DNA of 63,532 bases, the filler included, from Octopus bimaculoides (Eukaryota), in the NCBI RefSeq assembly GCF_001194135.2. It is 5 parts of 5 records of this genome, joined end to end, with 100 filler letters (N's around TTAATTAATTAA, not from the genome) between each part and the next. Parts side by side here need not be neighbours in the genome. Positions count along the whole stretch, not along the records: positions 23,533 to 47,604 come from NC_068987.1; positions 47,705 to 55,036 come from NC_068997.1; 3 more parts are not named here. One strand, written 5' to 3'. This document shows positions 38,248 to 51,465 of the stretch, one piece after another. The position numbers and the translations under genes are program-made. How positions within the stretch are numbered: the stretch's first letter is position 1; every line of letters starts with the position of its first letter. Under the pieces are notes generated by a model, which ran no database searches, was not told where the DNA came from, and saw only the letters and a program-made list of their open reading frames with translations.

Positions 38248-39179
38248 AATATCGCTAAATATTACAAAATATTAGCAATAGGAAAAAGACAAGTGTTTCT
38301 TCCAGGATAATGAGAAGTAATGAGAGAAACAAGAGTAGTAATTAAACAGAAAATATAGGACTATCCACTGAGAAAGCTGTGGATACCCAATAATTGAAAA
38401 AAATAATTGTTATACTGAAAATGATAGTAGTATCCTCTAAATAGTACAGTGGATTATTCTTCATTCAATACTCTGTTTAGATATTAAACCTCGAATAATA
38501 AATATCCTTGAGAAAGGATTTACTGAAAGTGAAGGAGAAAAAGCGATAAGGACTGGAGTTGAATAAAGAAGAGATTCGCTACACACACACACCCTTGTGT
38601 TTAGATCTGTGTGGGTGTGTTTATATCTGTGTGTCAGTGTATGTGTGTTGGCGTGAGAGTGTGTATAATATACTGATACGATTGTTTTAGGATAAGAAAG
38701 AGTTGCTACTAAAAGATAATGATGAGGTTTGCTTGATAAAGGAGAAATTTGGCTCAGAGATGACATTCTTATAATTGTCGCGAGCTGTCACATAGGCCTT
38801 ACGGCTATCTTTAGTGTTTAAGCTGGGATTTTTTTTTTTTAAGATTTGAAGTGTCGGCTATTGAAGAAGACAAAGACATGAGAATTAATTAGGGAAACGT
38901 GGTTTCTCAGGGCTTGAGTTGACGACGAATGAAGAAGGACAACCACAAAGTGTGTGGTAGAAAGATTTTCCACTGAAGCAGGACAGAGAACAATAGACTC
39001 CTACCAGAAATCCATGTCTGCCCAGATATCGCTGTTTCTAGAGCTAAATGAAAGTTTTAAAAATGCCAGCTCCTATTATCGTTATTTCTTAGTCATTTTG
39101 CTCCCTACCCACCCACCCTTACTTTTCAATTTACATGAATCTTTAATATTCCTTACTGGTTTAAACCATATCAACGTCG

Positions 39180-39713
39180 CCATCACCTTACCATCTCCAT
39201 CATCATCGACACCATCATCATTATCATCTTCATCATCGTCATCATGATCATCATCAGCAGCAGCATCATAATCATTAGCATCACCATCATCGTGAACTTT
39301 ATCATTAGCGCTATTAAAAACTTCCTTTACCTTCATCAATATCAACGTAAACATATCCTCCATTATTATCTCCCTCATCTTGATGCCCCCCCCTCATCAT
39401 CATCATCATCATCTTGATCATCATCATAGTCATCATCGTCAGCTGAAGCATCACATCAACATCATACCACCACCACCACCACCACTACTACCACCGCCAC
39501 CACCACCACCATCACCACCGCCGCCACCACCATCATCGCCACCACCACCATCACATCATCTCCATCGCCACCACCTCCATCACCATCGTTCGCCCTCGTC
39601 GACGTCGCTATCATCACCGTCGTCATCCTTATCGTTAACGCCGTTATAAACATCCTTATCATTTTCATTATTACCATCGTCAGCATATCCACATCATCAC
39701 CATCATCATCACT

Positions 39714-39765
<52 letters not shown>

Positions 39766-39775
39766 ACAACAACAT
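39180..39775. repeat. Compound (CAT)/(CAC)/(CCA) trinucleotide low-complexity tract
   Basis: A mosaic of imperfect trinucleotide repeats that produces the poly-H/P/D/M pseudo-ORFs. Confidence 0.9.
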
Positions 39776-39793
39776 CCACAGAGCATAATATAT

Positions 39794-40532
39794 GAGGCGT
39801 TTAGTAACAGACCGTCGTAAGGTCCACAACTTAAACACCGAGAAAAACACAAAGTTTCGCGACATTCAGAATGCGATACTTCGGTAAGGAATGAAGTTAG
39901 GAAGCTGGTTTTGGTCTTAAAATGGCCGTGAAGATCTACTCTAATCAATCCACTTATGTAAATTTATTTATTTATGTATGCATCTGAAAGATGAAACAAT
40001 GACTGTGTCTTGCTCATTTTGTAGAATATACCGGCACTACTGAACGGTGTATTGCATGGCATATTTTTAGTCATAATACTTAGAAAAAAACATAGAGACC
40101 CCCCCCCACACACACACACACCAAAGGTATTGTTTGTGGTTTAATATACCAAGGTAAGTGTCTTTAAGAGGTAAGTGAGACAAGATAGTAAGATAATAGC
40201 CCATTATCGTTAAGCTGGTAACGAGGAATATTAGAAAATGAGCCAAAACCCCTCGGAAAACGATACAGGGCCCACACCAAAATTATTGATTGAGCGTGTG
40301 TGTTTACGATGGTGTGTTACTAAACTCTCTGGTCCGAGTTTGGGTGAGCGAGCGTTGTGTCAATAGCGTCAAGGTACAATTTTTTTCAGCCGGATTTTCG
40401 ACCTTATTGCAAACCTCAGCGGTTCTTCTTGTCAACTTTTTCGGATTCTAGACGTCGAGACAAAGAAAATGATATACTAACCTAAAAAAATGGCCGGAGT
40501 GGCGCTTACGACAGTCTATTACTAAACGTCTC
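39794..40532. mobile_element. Sola-like non-autonomous DNA transposon
   Basis: 28-bp TIRs GAGGCGTTTAGTAACAGACCGTCGTAAG and reverse-complement GAGACGTTTAGTAATAGACTGTCGTAAG (3 mismatches), GAG..CTC termini and a 4-bp ATAT duplication. Confidence 0.7.
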
Positions 40533-40980
40533 ATATGTAGTTATACATAATTTCATACGTCCATTTGTTTTCTAGGACGACAAGGTAAGATAAGAGGGAG
40601 ATATGGTTACAATTTCTTGCAAGTCAGAACTCCAAATTATTAACGGAGCGCCGAGTTCTGGCGTGCACTCGAGATAGATACTGAAAAGTGCTGTACAGCA
40701 TTTTACGACACCATTCATTGGACTCTGTCAGTAATTAAGGGATAATGCAAGCATATCCTACATACGAAAACAGAATGTATACGACGGCGAATTCGCAGCG
40801 AAGTAATAGAAAAAATGATAATAGGCAGAAAACAAATGTGTTTTGGTAGAATGCCGAAATAATTACATAACAGTCGGAGAAACATGCAATCTGGCAATTC
40901 ACCTCATCCTGCATAATTGTGTAATGTTTCTACTATTGTCATCTAATTAAGCATTTTGCTGAAACGCGGAATCTAAGAGA

Positions 40981-41152
40981 ACATTTCATATTTCACATAT
41001 ATCGCCAAAGCTTTTGGGAAAAAATGATTTGTGTTTAAACGGGACTTGAAGTAATAGCAGAACTTTAGAGGTAAAGAGAACATTGCCTCTAAGCATGTGA
41101 AATTCATGCTTTTTCCCCAAAACAATGGCGGTCTAAGTGAAATATGAAATGT
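40981..41152. mobile_element. Palindromic MITE-like element
   Basis: Perfect 16-bp inverted ends ACATTTCATATTTCAC/GTGAAATATGAAATGT plus inner imperfect arms (TCGCCA..TTTTGGGAAAAA vs TTTTTCCCCAAAA..TGGCG). Confidence 0.6.
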
Positions 41153-42076
41153 CTTCTATGTCATGCAAGGACATTTTTCTCATTGGAATGTGTATAGTCG
41201 ACTGAATGGTTCTCAATAAACCATTTGTGTTGATTTCCTTCCACAGCACTTTTCTTTCTTTGACCATGCATACAGTCATATACAGGACAATTTCATCCGA
41301 GATGTAGTCACATCAGGGCCCATCTAGAGCTGTAAACATTGAGTTGGTCATCTTAAAACGCAGATTTGTACGATCACGATGACAAAGCCCGGTAATAACA
41401 GAATTCAAACCGAAGCTAAAAGTTTGTGAAGCCGTTTGTTCAGCAGGCTGATGTAGCGGTTGTCCTTTAGATTTTCATATAAAGATACTGAATTGTATTG
41501 CTCAGACAGAAAACAAGCTTCTGTAGATGGTGCAATTGATAAGCATTACTGTAATTCTATTGTACATGGGTTGACATTCACCCGAGGTGGGGTGAATCGA
41601 ATTTAATGCGTTGAAACGACACCGTCACGAACAGAATCCGACAATGCCCAATGGTCACATATTTGGAGAACTTCTGTCCGTCACGAATCCAGCAGTAGGC
41701 ACAACATATGCGAGGTCCAAATATCGGTTCAGGATTCAACATGGCTGTGCTAATCCTAGTTTTCAGCTGATCAATACACTGTTTACATCATCCTGGGAAC
41801 TGATCTGACGTAACAACATCTCGGATGAATTCATGTCGTAGATGACGAGGTGCGTCACTAAACCAACAGAAGTGCTTTTTGAGCAAGAACTGTTGAAAGG
41901 AATCAATTCGACAACGGTGTACTTCGAAATTTGACACAAAATCTAAAGTACGAATAAGGAGATTGGGCGAAGTTCTCATATATTTTTTAGTTTACTTACC
42001 TCTGTGGGTCGCTTGTACCGCTGCTAGTAACCATACAGAAGAATATAATTCAAGTATATAATTCAAGGATATAATT

Positions 42077-42312
42077 CAAGGCGGCGAGCTGGCAGAAACG
42101 TTAGCACGCCGGGTGAAATTCTTAGCGGTATTTCATCTGTCTTTACGTTCTAAGTTCAAATTCCGCTTAGGTTGACTTTGCTTTTCATTCTTTCGGGATC
42201 GATAAATTAAGTACCAGTTAAGCACTGGGTCGATCTAATCGGCTTTATACCTTTGCCTGTCCTTGTTTGTCCCCTCTATGTTTAGCCCCTTGTGGGCAAT
42301 AAAGAAATAAGA
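42077..42312 (+). mobile_element. Single full-length Meta-domain-like SINE with TSD
   Basis: Head AAGGCGGCGAGCTGGCAG and tail GGGCAATAAAGAAATAAGAA; (G)TATATAATTCAAG is repeated on both sides. Confidence 0.88.
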
Positions 42313-43232
42313 AGTATATAATTCAAGCTAACGAGGGCTCCTCTGTATAGCTGTTTTATATGTCAGACACTGTTTAAACAACACACACTACATCTATATT
42401 AAAAGTTACGTGATAATGCGGTTACTCGACATGCTACATATAGCAACGGAATCTCCATTAAATCAGACCCTGGAGTTTACGAATGAAAAGAATGTCTATG
42501 ATAACGCATTCCAGAATTATGAAAGAACACCCATGATAATATGATAGACGATAAACATCTAAAAAGATCAGGGTGATCGGGGCTGGAATGACTATAGGTC
42601 TGTTCGATTCATGATTGACCAGGAGGTAAACAACAACAATGAAGACATCATTACCATTTTCTTCAACAACATTAAAAAACAAGGCTACAAAACTGTGTGG
42701 TGAGTGTTACTGTGAAGAGGTGCGGATTTAGCCACCTGATTCTGCAAACCCAGTTGCTTTTAATTCCTTTTATTATTCTTTTATTTTTACTTCAGTTGTA
42801 ACAACTTCACTTCACTTCACATTCTTACGGTAACACAACTAGTAAAGGCTTGTTTCATTTTCCCTACATACTCGAAGCCTTGGGCCTAGTTAACAGAAAT
42901 CGATATTACAGACCTGGTGGAGATCTTCACATTTAAGAAATTTTATTAATGCGCTGTTTTTCGTGTATAAATATCTTTAATTGGTCTACGCCCTTTTTGA
43001 TTAAACAAGCCTGCTTCCAGCTATTCGCTTCAATTACTAACTCTTGCCTTCCAACTTTATCAATCAGTTGCAGGGTGTTTGTTGTGTTTGTATGCATTTT
43101 TCTTGAATTATAGAATTAAACGTATGCCCGTCTAATATAATATTATTTGTCGTTATTGGTGCTGTTCTTGTTACTTTTATTGTTGTTGTTGTTGTTGCTG
43201 TTGTTGATAAATTATTATTATTATTATCATCA

Positions 43233-43275
<43 letters not shown>

Positions 43276-43804
43276 AATTGTTGTTTTGGGAATTATTATT
43301 TTATTTTCATTGTTGTTGTTCTTCTTGTTAGTTCAGATTCCGTGTTCAGTATCGCTGTGTATTTTATTATGACGAGTTTTTTTCTTTTATATATATTTTT
43401 GTTCATTTCTTTATTTTATTTTTTTATTATCCTATTTTTAAAAACATCAGAATTCACACATCGTAATTTTCTTCGCTCTCACACACACTGACACATACAC
43501 ACATCACACACACATATATACACATATTTACATATTTAAATATGTAAACATATACACATACATACATATTTACATATATANNNNNNNNNNNNNNNNNNNN
43601 NNNNNNNNNNNNNNNNNNNNNNNNNNNNNNNNNNNNNNNNNNNNNNNNNNNNNNNNNNNNNNNNATATATATATATAATATATATATACATCTGCATATA
43701 TATGTGTGTATAAATATGTATATACAAGCATACATACATATTCACATACATACATACATACACATACATGCATGCATACATACATACATACATACATACA
43801 TACA

Positions 43805-43835
<31 letters not shown>

Positions 43836-44689
43836 GCATACACATATATATGGAAACAATTCGTATAATGATGGAATCCGCAAAAACATATTTTCTTTCC
43901 GATACCAAATTAGAAAAATGAATTAAGCAAGCTATGCAAGCTTATTGAGTTATCTAATCAGTTTATAGAGAGACATGGCATCTATATTAGATTAACAATC
44001 ATATGTGTTTAGATAAAAATATGATTTTACTTTGCTTCAATTTTACACTTCCGGAAAAAAAAATCTATATAAATATGTCCATACACAGCACAAACGTGTA
44101 TATTGTATTTATATGTATATTAATGTACGTATGTATGTTATATATGATTGTGTGCATCTGTGTGTAAGTGTCTATGTGTATATGTGTGTGTGTGTATCTG
44201 TGTGTAAGTGTCTATGTGTGTATGTGTGTGTGTGTATTTCTGAACAAATGTGTCATTCAATATAGAACTGAATACTTATACATTCACGTATATGTGCCTA
44301 TGTATATGTATATACATACATACTTACATATATATATATATANNNNNNNNNNNNNNNNNNNNNNNNNNNNNNNNNNNNNNNNNNNNNNNNNNNNNNNNNN
44401 NNNNNNNNNNNNNNNNNNNNNNNNNNNNNNNNNNNNNNNNNNNNNNNNNNNNNNNNNNNNNNNNNNNNNNNNNNNNNNNNNNNNNNNNATGAAGATTTAT
44501 GTTTTGAAGTAATATATAATGGTGTACATGTAAATATAGATATGAACATATGAATGTTAACGTTTTGAAAGGCTATATCATTATCGGTGCCTATGGTGAT
44601 ATATTTGTCTCTAGATGTATATGTCCATCAGTCTGCGCCTATGTATACATGTGTATGTGCGTGTACGTATATTGTATAAACAAACATGA

Positions 44690-44878
44690 TTGACCGTTGA
44701 CTGAACACTATTCAATTTTTTTTCTCCGTGTTTTTCTCCTTGTCTCCGTATTCTTTCTGTTGAAGAGCGTAGCTCGAAACGTCAAAGACTTTCCGTATTC
44801 CCGAGCGTCATACTAATATATACTTTTGTTATTTACACCACCTGTCCTCGTCTGTTGTTATTTTTTGTATATTCTCCC
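44690..44878 (+). mobile_element. Penelope-like repeat end carrying a minimal hammerhead fold
   Basis: Inserted in TA/TG microsatellite; 114 bp are identical to 57651-57764. Confidence 0.7.
44752..44788 (+). ncRNA. Minimal type I hammerhead ribozyme-like motif (variant core)
   Basis: TCTTT (stem I) CTGTTGA A GAGC-gta-GCTC (stem II) GAAA C G (palindromic stem III) TC / AAAGA (stem I'), with a GUC cleavage triplet. A6 of CUGANGA is U. Confidence 0.6.
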
Positions 44879-44917
44879 ATATACATTCATGTATATATAT
44901 GGAGAGAGATATATGTT

Positions 44918-44952
<35 letters not shown>

Positions 44953-45006
44953 GTATGTATATATTATACATATATATACATATATAATATGTAATATATA
45001 TATGTG

Positions 45007-45089
<83 letters not shown>

Positions 45090-45096
45090 GTGTGTA

Positions 45097-45147
<51 letters not shown>

Positions 45148-45304
45148 AAACATTAGTATAGGCATGTAAGCAGATATCACCCTTTAGCGTGTTAACAATA
45201 CATATACAAATGGGTGTTCGTGTCTGTGCGTCTTTGTGCAAGTGTATGTCTGTATATATGCTTGCATACACACACACATAGACCTCCCCCCTATGTATAT
45301 ATAT

Positions 45305-46410
45305 ATGAGAATAATCAAGCCGCGAAACCTTTATATTACTGGAAAACTGGGAGAGTGGTTGCGTGATTTTCTGATGAGCAGGAGTCAGACAGTTGTAGCC
45401 AATGGTGCTCACTCTGAAGAGACACCAATTCGCAGCAGAGTTCCACAGGGAACTGTACTGGGGCCACTAATTTTTGTAGTGGCCCTCACAGACATTCCTT
45501 CTGCGGTACAGTCAGACAACCTGACCAGTTATGCTGACGACACAAAAGTATCGGAGGCATTTAGGAACCCAGAGGACATCATAAGACTGCAGGAAGACGT
45601 GAATGAAATATACAAATTGGCTAACAAAAATAACATGCAGTTCAATGCTAGGATATTTCAGGCACTCCACTATCGGCTCAACACCAGGCTGTAATCGGAA
45701 TACACTGGACCAGAAGTTAATACGATCCTAGAGTCAGAGTCGGTGCATGACCTCGGGGTTTACATGAGCCATGATGCAACATTCTATGTGCATATTACCA
45801 AGCGAGTGGCTGGATGAAGTCTGAGGGCATTCAGAACCAGGAAAAGGAAGCCCTGCTACTCCTATGGATGACTTTCGTTCTCAACCGCTTAGACTACTGC
45901 TCCCAACTATCATCTCCAGAAATTGTCAAACAAACTGTGGAACTCGAAGCAATCCAGCGCCAATACACAAAGAAGATTGAATCGATGCAAAAAATGGGCT
46001 ACTGGGAGAGGCTAAAGGAGCTGAATCTCTATTCCCTGAAGAGAAGATGAGAGAGATGTGCAGTGATATATATTTGGAAGATCCTGGAGGGTTTAGCTCC
46101 CAATTTTGGAATTGACAGTTATACCAATCCTCGAACTGCACAGCCCTGCATCATAGCAAAGATCCCGTCTTCTCTCTCTAAAATAAGGGTGCAGTACTGC
46201 AATAGTCTGGGTTTCAAGGGCCCATAATTGTTTAACATCCTGCTAGGCAACCTTAGAGATCTATATGGTGCTGATGTGGAGGCTTTCAAGGAACGTCTGG
46301 ATAGGTTTCTATCTGAGATACCAGATGAAGACACATCGCGGCAGAAGACACAAAGAAGAGCAGCTCCGTCCAACTCGCTACTTCACCAAGAACAATACCG
46401 GAAATAACAC
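45305..46410 (+). mobile_element. CR1-type LINE, 5'-truncated (RT C-half plus 3' end), disrupted
   Basis: [45 protein letters not shown] and YWERLKELNLYSLKRR. Confidence 0.93.
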
Positions 46411-47078
46411 CGAGTATATGCGTACATATATATACATACATATATATACATATATATATATATATTACATACATACATACATACATACATACACACATAC
46501 ATATATACATGCATGCATGCATGGACGCATACTTATTCACGATCTGCGTGCGATGGAGTTTCAGATACCGGAAATTGTACAGAGAAGCCTTATGTATCTA
46601 TGCTTTTTCATCCTAAATCAGTTGTGTCCAAGAGCAGAGCAAAGTCAGAATGGTTAATGAGGAGATGGGATATTGGAATCGTAATGGATTGACTGGAATT
46701 TGCTAGGAACCGTTTGTGGAATTCCACTCTGCCATTTTTTTCATTGATATTCCCCCTTAGCTTTCTCATCATTTCTTTCTCAATGGCTACTAAATGCGGT
46801 TCACATGTAATGAAAGAACTTCAATTAAAGTTTTAAATCCTCTAAACAGACTTCCATACGACTAGTGGTCGATCACTCTCGGTGGCTTACTATCTTTTGA
46901 CCAACAAAACAAGCATCTTTATGTTTCCTCATGTTACTTTCTATGTTCAACAGTTAAGCCTATACTGGATTTATGCAGCTATTTATCAAATTGTGTGGTA
47001 GCAATGGTTTCGAATATTGTTCTCTCTCTTCCTCTCTCTCCATCTCTCTCTCTCTCCCTCTCCTTTAACACACACATT

Positions 47079-47117
<39 letters not shown>

Positions 47118-48556
47118 TGCTGTGTTGATTATATATGTTGATTAATAAATTAATTTGTATCCATTTTCTGACACAATAAAAATGGTTGATGTTTTACATT
47201 CTATATAATATATTCATTGAAGAATTATCTATTCAAAATTTAATATATTAAACCAGTGTTTCTTGGATAAATATCCTGGTTCGAGTTTTCAATATCCTCA
47301 TTGTGACTCTATGTGTGTATATATATATATATATATAAAATATATAGCTTTAGGGAAAATAACCAAGTTTCAAGAACTCATCGATGAAAATCCACTATCA
47401 CATATAAAAAAATTAATAATTAAAAGCACAATAAATGAGTATAATATAAAGTAAAGTAAATATCATAAGATAAATATAATAAAAAGATTACACGTGTTTC
47501 ATAACTAATTTTCAAATAGAAAAGAAATTTAAATCGATTAAAATCAATTGAAATTATCGAAAATAAATTTTATTCAAAAATATAGCTACTCGTCAGATCG
47601 TAAGNNNNNNNNNNNNNNNNNNNNNNNNNNNNNNNNNNNNNNNNNNNNTTAATTAATTAANNNNNNNNNNNNNNNNNNNNNNNNNNNNNNNNNNNNNNNN
47701 NNNNTTTAATTCAATTCATAATCCAAGTTAATCTCAACCAGTCTTTATATTTAGAAACACAATTTAAAAAAATATTGTTTATCCTTTTCTTTATATTATC
47801 AAATATTATAATGATGTGTGTGTATCTATTTCGTCGTGTACGTGCATATATGAATGTATTTGTCAGTGGTTGTATCTGTGTATACGTATAAGTACGTACG
47901 TGAGCCTTTAACAATATAACTAAATATACATGCGTGCTTGTGTGTGTGAAAGAGAGAGAGCGTGTGTGTGTGTGTGGGAGAGAGAGTGCGTGTGTGTGAA
48001 AGAGAGAAAGAGAGAGAGAGAGTGTGTGTGTATGTGTGTGTGTGTGTGTGTGCGCGCGCCTGCGTGCGTGCGTATGTGAATGTCTGTGTTCTGCCAATCA
48101 TCTATCTCTCAAATTAATCTTTTGCCTCAGATTTTCAATCCTCTGAAGACATCTCTATCTTCTTTTACAAGCCTTTCTTCTTCCCGTTTCTCTTTCCTAC
48201 TTTACACACACACACACCACACACACACACACACTACACACACTTACACACGCTTATATATATATATGCATACACACATACACACATACACACATATATG
48301 TCTCTGTGTTTTCGTGCGTGTGCGTTTTTGCGTGTGTGTAAGCGTGCATTGAAAGAGGGAGCGAGAGAGAAAACTAGATGTATAAGTGAATAGAGAGAGC
48401 GTAAAACAATAGATCGCGCACTGCCATTGGCTCCGTTTCATTATTCTTACCTAAACACATGTCTTATCGGTAAAGCCATAAAAACGCAACGAAAAATTCC
48501 ATATCGTGACCCTTTTTCTCCTTTCCCTCTTTCTCACTCTCTCTTTCCTCTCTCCC

Positions 48557-48601
<45 letters not shown>

Positions 48602-49612
48602 GTTTCTCTCCGTCCCTTTTTGTTTAATATCTATTCTCTTTGATAGCTTTTTCTTTCTGATCCTTAGACATCGGGAGGCTTGCGGGTGCTTGGTTGGTTT
48701 TGTGGTGTGGGTGCGGCGATTAGATAGATAAATAAATAAATAAATAAATGAATAAATATTGTACGAAAAGTGTGAGCAAGTAAGCTACACACACACACAC
48801 ACACACACACGCGCGTATATATACAATCATGTATATATGTGTATGTATATAAATATATATGTGCATATGTATATATGCATATATACTTCAGTATACGTGT
48901 ATATATATGTATATATATATGTGTGTGTGTGTGTGTGTATACATACATACATACACACACTATATATATATATATATATATACATATAACTAATACACAC
49001 ACACACACACACATATATATATATGTATTTATATATNNNNNNNNNNNNNNNNNNNNNNNNNNNNNNNNNNNNNNNNNNNNNNNNNNNNNNNNNNNNNNNN
49101 NNNNNNNNNATATGTATGTATGTATGTATGTATATATATCAACAGAGAGAGAGAGAGAGAGAGCGAGAGAGAGCGAGAGAGAGAGAGAGAGAGCGAGAGA
49201 GATAGATAGAGAGAGAGAGAGAGAGAGAGCAAGAGAGAGAGAGAACTTTAGGAAGGAAGAGATGGGGAGTGAGGAAACAGAAGTAAATTCGGACCCCTTT
49301 ATGAAGTCTATCTCGTGCTCAGTTACCATTGTATAAGGGGAAGAATACGTCGTTGTTTTTTGTCGCCTCGCCTGTTGTTGTGGTTTCCCTTTATATTTTT
49401 TGCTATTGTTTCTGATGTTATTGTTGTTTCATATTATTAGTGTTAGTGTTGTTCTAGTTCTTGTTGTTGTTGTTGTTGTTGTCCCTGCTGTCTCTATTCT
49501 TGCCATCGATGCCGTTGTTTTGGCTCTTTCTTGTGTTAAAGCTTTTCCTTTGTCTTACACTTTCTTCTTTCCTTCCTCACCTCATTTACTATTCCAAAGT
49601 TTTTTCCTTTAA

Positions 49613-49613
<1 letters not shown>

Positions 49614-49643
<30 letters not shown>

Positions 49644-49853
49644 CTTCTTCTTCTTCTTCTTCTTCTTCTTCTTCTTCTTCTTCTTCTTCTTCTTCTTCTT
49701 CTTCTTCTTCTTCTTCTTCTTCTTCTTCTTCTTCTTCGTTGTCGTCGTAGTCTTCGTGGTCATCATCGCTATCATCATCATCATCATCATCATCGTCGTC
49801 GTCATCATCATCATCATCATCATCATCACCATCACCATCATCATCACCATCAC

Positions 49854-49895
<42 letters not shown>

Positions 49896-49971
49896 TGTCG
49901 TCGTAGTCATCGTGGTCATCATCGCCATCATCATCATCATTATCGTCGTAGTCATCGTGGTCATCATCGCC

Positions 49972-50003
<32 letters not shown>

Positions 50004-50020
50004 TATCGTCGTCGTCGTCG

Positions 50021-50051
<31 letters not shown>

Positions 50052-50320
50052 ATTTTCCTAAGACTTCTTCATTTCGCTTGTCACCATCTTCTAGCACAAT
50101 TAGAATTATGGCTAACAATAATTATATTGTCATCATATCATTAGCATTATTATTATTACTAATAAAATTGTCACCACTGTCGTCATCATCGTCCTCGTCA
50201 TCATCATCATAAACATCATACATCATCAGCATCATCATCTTCATCATCGTCGTTGTCGATGTTGTCGTCGTCATCATTGCTGTTATTATTATTATCATTA
50301 TTATTATTATNNNNNNNNNN

Positions 50321-50364
<44 letters not shown>

Positions 50365-50365
50365 G
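49614..50365. repeat. (CTT)n perfect microsatellite followed by (CAT)/(CGT)/(TAT) tracts
   Basis: About 120 bp of pure CTT, then compound trinucleotide repeats. Confidence 0.95.
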
Positions 50366-51224
50366 TAACGTTATAATTATTATTCGTCTTATCGTTTTCT
50401 TTGTCGAACAGCCGTCAGAACATTTGTCTTACAAGAGAAAAATTCTGCTGAGAGAAAAATATAAATAACAAACTACATGAAACTACGAATAAAAGACTTT
50501 TGAACTACTTATTGTTTGTTTGTACATATATATTTTTTTTTGTTCTTTTCATTATATGAATATTTAGTCATGGCAATATGTTATATAGCAAGCAAATTGT
50601 AAAACAATACAGCACAAACACAGATGCACACAAACTGGTATACATACACACCTCAGATGTACGAATGTAAGTTTTTGTTTTGATGTATGTAGATTTCTGT
50701 CGGAGAATGAAAGACCTAAAAAAACTGCTTACGTCTCTGTTTGCTTATCGTTTTATTAATATTTTCATATAAAGTTTAGTCGGGTAAGTTACACCACGTG
50801 AGTCGGATAATTCTTGCTGTTGATGCTATTAGCTTAAGGTCAAATCAAATAAGATACTGACTATGATATACACAAGTATTAGTTTGACTAATCCATCTAT
50901 ATTCCAGTGAGAGACATCCACTCAGTATTTTCTGCACAACTATAAAGTATATTTCTCTAATTAAGTCTTTATGTCGATATTTCAATGGGAAATTTTTTAC
51001 ATCCATGATACATCTCCGGATTTTGTGGAACGCATCATCAGTGATATTTCTGTGGTTTTGTAGGCTTTAAGTCTTACAGCATCAGATCCTCTGGTCTAGC
51101 TGATCCAGCCGAGGTTCATCACATCTCAGCCGTTTCTTTCCTGCACTGAAAGTCACATCCCAGTCAAAGCCCAGCAGCCCTGGTTTTTAAGCGATCTATT
51201 TTTGCCGAATTATTGTATTACAAG

Positions 51225-51465
51225 GGTGTAAACACACCAACACCGGTTATCTAGTGGTGGTCGGGGAGTGGGGACAAACACAAATACAAAAGCATACACA
51301 TGCATTATTTATACGATAATATTATTTCAGTTTCTGGCTAGAAAATACACTCGCAAGATTTAGGTTCGCCCGGCTCTATAGAAGAAAACATTTACTTCAG
51401 GTGTCACGCAGTGAGACCCAACCAAGAAGAATGAGATTGGAAACCAAACTTCTTACAACACCGGT
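51225..51465 (-). mobile_element. Diverged CORE-like SINE
   Basis: GTAAACACACCAACACCGGTT (reverse complement of family motif) and CACTGCGTGACACCTGAAGTAAATG core remnant. Confidence 0.55.

Noticed and set aside
39792-39884. ATG-initiated MRRLVTDRRK...AILR ending at a GTAAGG donor
   Set aside because: It starts within the left TIR of the Sola-like element, so it is not evidence of a host exon.
46940-46995. Minus-strand LINSCINPV resembling GPCR TM7 (NSxxNPxxY)
   Set aside because: Immediately followed by stops, with no preceding TM segments or splice support.
49461-50144. Poly-L/H/K/E/D/M ORFs on both strands (likewise 39082-39779)
   Set aside because: Direct translations of trinucleotide repeats with no unique domain or splice support.
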